A DNA stretch of 64,000 nucleotides from an uncultured bacterium. GTDB lineage: Bacteria > Patescibacteriota > JACMRA01. Below are positions 57,825 through 64,000 of the stretch, in pieces; positions within the stretch are counted from its first letter, which is position 1; each line of letters begins with the position of its first letter. The stretch covers positions 608,001 to 672,000 of the forward strand of contig OY969926.1 in NCBI GenBank assembly GCA_963704645.1, written 5' to 3'. Made by a program: the position numbers and the translations under genes. Below the pieces are notes generated by a model. The model worked only from the letters and a program-made list of their open reading frames with translations. It was not told the DNA's origin and made no database searches.

Positions 57825-58748
57825 ATGAATAACTCCGACAATCTAAATAATAATCTATACGACACCCACGCACACCTCGATATGCTTCTAAAGAACGAAG
57901 GTTTTTGGCCTAAACTAAGGGAAGATGATGAACAATTAATAGAAATTAGCCAAACAATTAACCCAAATTATTTTGAAGATTTAGGCTTAAATTATTCCCC
58001 TGAAGTTAATATTTATCTTGAAGAAAAACTTACTAAACATAGCTGGGTAATTCAACCTACAGTTTCTACTTTTAACTTTTTGCAATCTCAAAATTTAATT
58101 TTAAATTCAAAAATATTCATGTTATTGGGAAGTCATCCAGAAATTGTTCAGCCTAATTTTAAACTTAAAAACTATTTAGATTTTCAAGAAACTGCTGTTC
58201 AATATATTCAGGCTAGGCCAAATTTGCAAGCAAAATTAGTTGGTGTGGGGGAGTGCGGTTTAGACTATTTTTATTCTCAAGATGTTGAAATAATTGCCAC
58301 ACAGAAAGCTTTGTTCAGAAGCCAAATTCAGTTGGCGATAAAATTAAACTTACCCTTAATTATTCATTGTAGAAATGCTTTCTCAGACTTGTTTGAAATT
58401 TTGTCTGAATATCCTGCTATCCATAATAATTTTTTAATTCACTGCTTTACTGGTACAATTGATGAAGCTAAAAGTGTTGTAAAATTAGGTGGAAAAATGG
58501 CAGTTGGTGGAATTCTAACTTTTAACTCTGCAAAACAATTACAAGAAGCTGTGTCTGGCTTAGATTTAGAACATTTTATGTTAGAAACAGATCTTCCATT
58601 CTTGGCTCCAAACCCATTTCGAGGTAAAACCTGCGTACCAGAAATGATAGAACTTTCCATGCAAAAACTAGCCGAATTAAAAGATGAAAGTGTAGAAAAT
58701 GTTTTAGAAAATACCAAATTAAATGCCCAAAAGTTCTTTAAAATCTGA
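57825..58748 (+). CDS. tatD: TatD-family nuclease
   Basis: DTHAHLD, GECGLDY, IIHCR, IHCFTG, LETDLPFLAP. Confidence 0.93.
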   Translation: MNNSDNLNNNLYDTHAHLDMLLKNEGFWPKLREDDEQLIEISQTINPNYFEDLGLNYSPEVNIYLEEKLTKHSWVIQPTVSTFNFLQSQNLILNSKIFMLLGSHPEIVQPNFKLKNYLDFQETAVQYIQARPNLQAKLVGVGECGLDYFYSQDVEIIATQKALFRSQIQLAIKLNLPLIIHCRNAFSDLFEILSEYPAIHNNFLIHCFTGTIDEAKSVVKLGGKMAVGGILTFNSAKQLQEAVSGLDLEHFMLETDLPFLAPNPFRGKTCVPEMIELSMQKLAELKDESVENVLENTKLNAQKFFKI

Positions 58749-59592
58749 TTGGTTACTTAGTCTTATAAAAGCAGTAATATTTTTATTAGCAGCTGTTTTA
58801 GCATCAAGTTTGGTAACTGTGTATATGCCAATATTATCTTTTGTATTTTTAGATTATTTTTGGATTCAGCTTCTGCCTATAATAATTTTACATATATTTT
58901 TATGCATAGCTATGGCATTTGTTTTCCCAATTAAAATTAATGATGTGATAAATAATTTAAGAAGTTTTTGGGCTTTAAGCATTGCCTCTGCTGTACTTTT
59001 ATTGTTAGGGCTGATCTTATTTTATTTTTTAAACGAAGCATTTAGCACTTCGCCCCTTAAAGATATTTTTAATTACAATTTTGTATTACAGCTGGGTAGT
59101 TTGTCTTTTTCAGAAACTCAAATTATTGGAATTGTATTGCTTCTGCTAGTTCAAACTTTATTTGAAGAATGGTTTTTCCGAGGATGGTTGTTAGGTTTTT
59201 TAAGTAATTTTATTCCTGCTAAACATACACAATATTCTGAAATTATAGTTGTTGTAATTGGTGCTTTTTTGTTTGCTTTGCTTCACATTATTAGCTCTAA
59301 TTTTGCTATAGCCAGTTTTATTTTAAGCCTAATGTTTGGTATAATTTGGGGTTACATTTCTGTTCAAACTAAAGTTTTTATTACCACTTGGCCGTTGCAT
59401 TTTATTAACAATTTATTCTTTACTTTTGCTGTAGGCTATAATCAATTTTTCTTTACAGAATCGTCTTTTTTCCAAATGGATAATTTACCTAACAATGTTT
59501 TATGGCAAATTATTTATATTAGTTTGAACTTAGTTTTATTATGGTTTTTCGTAAAAAGTAAGGCTAAAAAATTGAGACTCGCTGAAATTTAA
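58723..59592 (+). CDS. CPBP (CAAX/Abi) intramembrane metalloprotease
   Basis: EEWFFRG, FALLH, HFINN. Confidence 0.88.
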   Translation: MPKSSLKSDWLLSLIKAVIFLLAAVLASSLVTVYMPILSFVFLDYFWIQLLPIIILHIFLCIAMAFVFPIKINDVINNLRSFWALSIASAVLLLLGLILFYFLNEAFSTSPLKDIFNYNFVLQLGSLSFSETQIIGIVLLLLVQTLFEEWFFRGWLLGFLSNFIPAKHTQYSEIIVVVIGAFLFALLHIISSNFAIASFILSLMFGIIWGYISVQTKVFITTWPLHFINNLFFTFAVGYNQFFFTESSFFQMDNLPNNVLWQIIYISLNLVLLWFFVKSKAKKLRLAEI

Positions 59593-59880
59593 TTTCTGCC
59601 TGATTTAAAATTAAGATAAAAATTATACTAAGAAATCAACAATTTGCATTTTGATATTGGTAAATCAACACTTCCAAGCTTCTCATTAATATTACTTCAA
59701 GAACACACGAAAAAACTATTTGTTTCATTTTAATTCATTCACCACTTAAACCCTCGGGCCGAAACTGACGCTGAGCCAAGCCCAGCTCGCACCAGCTTTT
59801 CTGAAATAAATTCAGAGTGATATTTTACTATGGTACAACGGTATAATTACCTATTTTTTCCTAATTCCCGGTAAAATAAG

Positions 59881-60681
59881 TTACAAATTTCCAATTTCAA
59901 ACATCAGTTTTTTGAACTGTAATATTGGTGGAATTTTAGACCTGGTTTTCATTTCTAAATCGGTCTTAATAATTAGTTGTAAAATATCTTTTCGACCAAG
60001 TTTTTCTGCTTTGCCCCATAAAATACTTAGCGCAAATTGGGTGTCATCATCTGGTACAGAATCTACCCAAAGTTTAGTGTCTGCAGCTAAATTATTTAAT
60101 CTAAATGGAAGTCTGAATAGTTCAGTTGCAGCTTCTGGTTCAAACCAAGTTAGCAATTCTTCAGGGTTATTTGAAACGCTTAGAAGATCTAACTTATCAA
60201 CTAATTCTTGGTAATTAGAACAACTATTTATTAGCTTTTCTGTTTGATAGTTTGTAAGTTTAAAATTATTTTGTCCATTATTCTCTACTAAATATTGATT
60301 TACCAAATTTTTAAAAGTATCTTTATTTGGTGCTAATTTAACATATTTTGCCCCGCTAGATGTCCATATTTTTTGCAGCGGTGCTAACCAATTTTTTTCG
60401 GTGGAAGACCAAAATAGTATGCTAGAATTTTCGTTTAAATTAAACAAGCTTTCTAAACCTAAAATTGGTTGTAGGTCTTGAACATCCACTAAAATTAATG
60501 TTAATTCTTCGGAAAAAATGCCAGCTGAATTAGTAAAACTTCCAACTTCCTGCCAACTATCTATTTTAGTTCGCTCTAGGTTTAAGCTTCTTCCACCCAA
60601 TACTTCCAACAAATTCTGGCCATTAATAGCACAAACGTATTCTTGAATTAAACTAATATGTGCAGCTTCCAAAAAGGTCAT
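59881..60681 (-). CDS. Divergent DNA polymerase III delta (HolA)-like protein
   Basis: S.GIF.E..L; 'ELVDKLDL'; C-terminal 'TDLEMKT'; size. Confidence 0.5.
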   Translation of the reverse strand: MTFLEAAHISLIQEYVCAINGQNLLEVLGGRSLNLERTKIDSWQEVGSFTNSAGIFSEELTLILVDVQDLQPILGLESLFNLNENSSILFWSSTEKNWLAPLQKIWTSSGAKYVKLAPNKDTFKNLVNQYLVENNGQNNFKLTNYQTEKLINSCSNYQELVDKLDLLSVSNNPEELLTWFEPEAATELFRLPFRLNNLAADTKLWVDSVPDDDTQFALSILWGKAEKLGRKDILQLIIKTDLEMKTRSKIPPILQFKKLMFEIGNL

Positions 60682-60769
60682 GCCTAACTATTGTTTTACT
60701 GGGAACAAAATGTCAAAAAGTAAACAACCAGTGTTAATTGACATTTAAAAGTCTGCACATAAAGCTAGA

Positions 60770-61693
60770 ATGGTGAATCAAGATAATTTTCTAACTCATC
60801 AGGACGAGCTTAATTTTTTACAGGCTCAGGGTTTTCCAATAAACCCCTATAACAGTGTTCAAAATAGTTTAGAAAATATTTGGGAAATTGCAACCAAACT
60901 GCAGCAAGATAGAAATTCATTGCCTTATCCTATAGACGGACTGGTGGTGAAGCTGGATGATAATAAAATTGTAGAACAAGTTGGCGTTGTTGGTAAAACA
61001 CCCAGGGCTTGGTGTGCTATTAAATTCCCCCCAGAGGAAATTGCAACCAAACTAGAAGACGTTATTTGGCAGGTTGGTAGAACAGGTAAAGTTACTCCTG
61101 TGGCTAGTTTGCAACCAATAAATTTAATGGGAACGGTGGTAAAAAAAGCCAGTTTGCACAATTTTAAAGAAGTTAACGAATTACAATTACATTATCATGA
61201 CACAGTGGTTGTAAGAAAAGCTGGTGATATTATTCCTGAGGTGGTTGATATTCTAGTTAATTTAAGGCTGCCTGAATCCAAGTTAATTTCCATCCCACAA
61301 TTTTGCCCGTCTTGTAATTCCCAATTAAGTAAAACCGCTACAGAGGTAGATTTAATTTGTTTAAATTCGGTTAATTGTAAAGATCAAATAGTTGGCAGAC
61401 TTAGTTATTATTGCCAGCGTAATTTAGGTAATATTACTGGTTTGTCTGAAAAACAAATTGAAAAGTTTATGAATGAATTTGGGGTTAAAGATATTCCCGA
61501 TTTATATAATTTACCATGGGAAAAAATAGAAGTTTTAGAAGGTTTTGGAAAAAAATCTGTAGAAAATTTACAAAAATCTGTAGAAAACAGCCGAAGCATT
61601 GCAGACTATAAGTTTTTAGCTGGTCTGGGAATTGAAGGTGTGGGTGTGGAAATTGCTAAATTAATAGCAGAACAAATAAACAATTATGACTAA
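60770..61693 (+). CDS. ligA: NAD-dependent DNA ligase, internal fragment (end of adenylation domain, OB fold, Zn finger, HhH)
   Basis: YPIDGLVVK, PRAW.AIKF, QVGRTGKVTPVA, ASLHN, KAGDIIPEV, CPSC...C....C; no N-terminal catalytic KxDG motif and no BRCT. Confidence 0.88.
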   Translation: MVNQDNFLTHQDELNFLQAQGFPINPYNSVQNSLENIWEIATKLQQDRNSLPYPIDGLVVKLDDNKIVEQVGVVGKTPRAWCAIKFPPEEIATKLEDVIWQVGRTGKVTPVASLQPINLMGTVVKKASLHNFKEVNELQLHYHDTVVVRKAGDIIPEVVDILVNLRLPESKLISIPQFCPSCNSQLSKTATEVDLICLNSVNCKDQIVGRLSYYCQRNLGNITGLSEKQIEKFMNEFGVKDIPDLYNLPWEKIEVLEGFGKKSVENLQKSVENSRSIADYKFLAGLGIEGVGVEIAKLIAEQINNYD

Positions 61694-62687
61694 CAAAATT
61701 AGACTACACAAATACGTAAACGAATATTTACACAAAAATAACCTAGATTATACAAACGGAGATGTTCAAAAAAACATTCAAAAACACGGTGTTTTAATTA
61801 ATCAGGAATTAATGTACAACAGGCTAGAATGGATTTTTACAGGAGAAAAAATTGATATTTCGCATTGGCCACAAAGAGATCACGGTTCTTTTGATAAAAT
61901 TAAAGTGCTACTCTATAACAGTAATTTTTTGCTGGTTTATAAGCCAGCTGGAGTAGTTACCGAAGCAGGGGCAGGGCATAAAGAGCAAAATTTAATTAAC
62001 TTCCTGCAGCTAACCTATGGCAAGAAACAAGAAACATTTTTGCCAGTTCACAGGTTAGACAAAGATACTCAAGGGATAATTATTGTAGCTAAAAATGAAG
62101 AATCTCATACTTTTTTGCAAGATCAATTTAGGAATAGAACTGTATCTAAAAAATACTTAACTGTTTTAGATGGAGTGCTAGACAAAGCTGTTCAAGTAAA
62201 AGCTTGGCAGAGCAGAAATTTACACAACCCATTGAAGCAAATTATGTTTTGGGATGAATCATCAGCTAAGGAATATTCTGAATTATCTAGAAACACTGAA
62301 TCGGTATTTACACCTTTGGTAATTTGCCAAGAAACCAATCAAACCTTGGTAGAAGTAGAAATCAGAACTGGCAGAATGCACCAAATTAGATTGCAGGCGG
62401 AGGCTATTGGTTTGCCCGTAAAAAATGATAAAGTATATAACAACAAACACGGACAAGATAAAACCGATAAAGTAACTTTAGTGGAATATTTAAAACCTAA
62501 ATTAGTTTCTGCTAGTCAAATGGAAGAGTTGGAAAAACATATTTTTGAAGAATCTGGTAGCTTTTTGGCTTGTAACTATCTTCAATTTACAGACACAAAT
62601 TTAGGTCGAATTACTTATGAAGTTAAGAATGTTTTTATGGAAAATAAAGGTGAGCAGGTTTTAACATCAGAGTTAGAATCAAATTAA
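61686..62687 (+). CDS. RluA-family pseudouridine synthase
   Basis: YKPAG, VHRLDKDTQG, TGRMHQIR. Confidence 0.9.
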   Translation: MTNKIRLHKYVNEYLHKNNLDYTNGDVQKNIQKHGVLINQELMYNRLEWIFTGEKIDISHWPQRDHGSFDKIKVLLYNSNFLLVYKPAGVVTEAGAGHKEQNLINFLQLTYGKKQETFLPVHRLDKDTQGIIIVAKNEESHTFLQDQFRNRTVSKKYLTVLDGVLDKAVQVKAWQSRNLHNPLKQIMFWDESSAKEYSELSRNTESVFTPLVICQETNQTLVEVEIRTGRMHQIRLQAEAIGLPVKNDKVYNNKHGQDKTDKVTLVEYLKPKLVSASQMEELEKHIFEESGSFLACNYLQFTDTNLGRITYEVKNVFMENKGEQVLTSELESN

Positions 62688-62769
62688 GGACTCGCCCTAA
62701 ACAGCTCAAAATAGTTTTTGTTACAAGGGCTTTGACCAAATTTACTATAAAAGGTACTCTGTGTACATC

Positions 62770-64000
62770 ATGACAGTTGTATTAAATAGCAATGCAAACA
62801 AAAAAATTGGTGGCAATTTATCTAGTAATTTATCCACCTTACCATCCACCAGGATGAGAAGAAGTTTACGTGTGAAGGAAGATTTAGATAAGTATTTTTT
62901 TGAAGAACAAGCCAAACTAAAAGCAGAGTCTTTAGGGCTTGGTTTTATAGATTTATACGGTTTCCCTATTGAATATACTGTTTTAACCCAAATTCCTTTA
63001 GAGTTGGTTATTAAATATAAATTAGGAATTTTTTCCTTTAACAATCAGGCTTTATATATTGCAACCCCAGATCCTTACACACCAGGTCAAAGAGAGTTCT
63101 TAGAAGAATTTGGTAGGTCTAAAAAATATAAATTATTTATTTGTTCGGAAATGAGTTATAAAAAACTTATTAACAGCTTCTCTTCCATTATAAAAAATAA
63201 AGAAACAGACGATAATATTAGTATTAGTCAAGACAAAATGGCTGATGAAGCTAATTTAAAACTTACCTTAACTCAACTAAATGAAGTTCTGTCTCACACT
63301 TCTACTTCAGACACAATAGAAACTGTTTTAATTGCAGCTTTGCAGAACGGGGCAAGCGACATTCACTTTGAGCCAGAGAAAGAAGTATACAATTTAAGGC
63401 TGCGTTTAGATGGAGTTTTGCATACTTTTGCCGAGCTACCCAAACTAAATCAAAAATCTATAGAAAGTAGAATTAAAGTTATCTCTGGTTTAAAAATTAA
63501 TGTTGATAATATTCCTCAAGATGGACGTTTTACTTTCAAAGCATCTGAAAAAGATGTAGATGTTCGTGTTTCAATGCTTCCTTCTAGTTATGGCTATTCA
63601 ATAGTAATGAGATTGTTAGGAACTGGTAGTTTAGGCCTAGATTTAGATCTTTTGGGTTTTACTGGGTCAGCAAGAGAAAGAGTGGAAGCAGCAATTCAAA
63701 AGCCTCAGGGTTTAATTTTAACTACTGGTCCAACCGGTTCTGGAAAAACAACAACGTTGTACTCTTTCTTAAAAACTTTGAACGATGGAGAAAGTAAAAT
63801 TATTACTTTAGAAGATCCTGTTGAATACAAATTAGAGGGAATTTCCCAAACCCAAATTGATGCAGCGGCTGGCTACACTTTTTCAGCTGGTTTAAGATCT
63901 ATTTTAAGACAAGATCCTGACGTAGTTCTAGTAGGAGAAATTAGAGATAAAGAAACTGCAGAAATTGCTGTACAAGCGTCTTTAACAGGACATCAAGTTT
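62770..64000 (+). CDS. pilB: GspE/PilB-family type IV pilus assembly ATPase, runs off the window end (not in the ORF track)
   Basis: ASDIHFEP, PQDGRF, TGPTGSGKTTTLY, TLEDPVEY, LRQDPDVVLVGEIRD.ETA. Confidence 0.92.
   Translation, partial: MTVVLNSNANKKIGGNLSSNLSTLPSTRMRRSLRVKEDLDKYFFEEQAKLKAESLGLGFIDLYGFPIEYTVLTQIPLELVIKYKLGIFSFNNQALYIATPDPYTPGQREFLEEFGRSKKYKLFICSEMSYKKLINSFSSIIKNKETDDNISISQDKMADEANLKLTLTQLNEVLSHTSTSDTIETVLIAALQNGASDIHFEPEKEVYNLRLRLDGVLHTFAELPKLNQKSIESRIKVISGLKINVDNIPQDGRFTFKASEKDVDVRVSMLPSSYGYSIVMRLLGTGSLGLDLDLLGFTGSARERVEAAIQKPQGLILTTGPTGSGKTTTLYSFLKTLNDGESKIITLEDPVEYKLEGISQTQIDAAAGYTFSAGLRSILRQDPDVVLVGEIRDKETAEIAVQASLTGHQV

Noticed and set aside
59749-59800. GC-rich intergenic patch as SRP RNA or riboswitch
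   Set aside because: No recognisable conserved motif; may be a decayed repeat.
62745-63044. 99-aa minus-strand ORF and the other short ORFs overlapping long genes in the track
   Set aside because: Antisense or frame shadows of well-supported genes (here pilB).
1-64000. Alternative genetic code (TGA read as Gly/Trp)
   Set aside because: Conserved genes are intact in code 11 and TGA ends genes sensibly (antitoxin 11512, tatD 58748).

Overview
AT-rich (roughly 30% GC by eye) bacterial chromosomal window read in genetic code 11. Gene content and layout (broken-up operons, leaderless promoters, CPR-style pilin and PilB) suggest a reduced Patescibacteria/CPR-like genome; this is inference. Housekeeping genes: dnaX, trmD, prfA, uppS, efp, ftsE, dnaJ, lspA, beta-CASP RNase, murJ, gatD, yraN, valS, tatD, holA-like, ligA fragment, rluA-family and pilB/gspE. 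Main unusual items: (1) a ~5.8 kb array (42.0-47.8 kb) of seven small same-strand genes, each joined to the next by a conserved terminator+promoter junction repeat; four genes are divergent paralogues of an unknown ~175-aa family, and an IS481-like element sits inside one junction; (2) valS is split into two genes 5.2 kb apart and ligA is present only as an internal fragment, and both valS-C and the ligA fragment have their own correctly spaced promoter; (3) REP-like palindromes are inserted in frame in valS and probably trmD/dnaX; (4) two secreted Cys-rich adhesin-like genes share a ~404-bp near-identical 3' end and carry triplicated variable inserts with a polarised base-composition signature at the borders; (5) a 1397-aa HD-domain protein has a possible ART-like C-terminus. 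All alignments and motif calls were made by eye.
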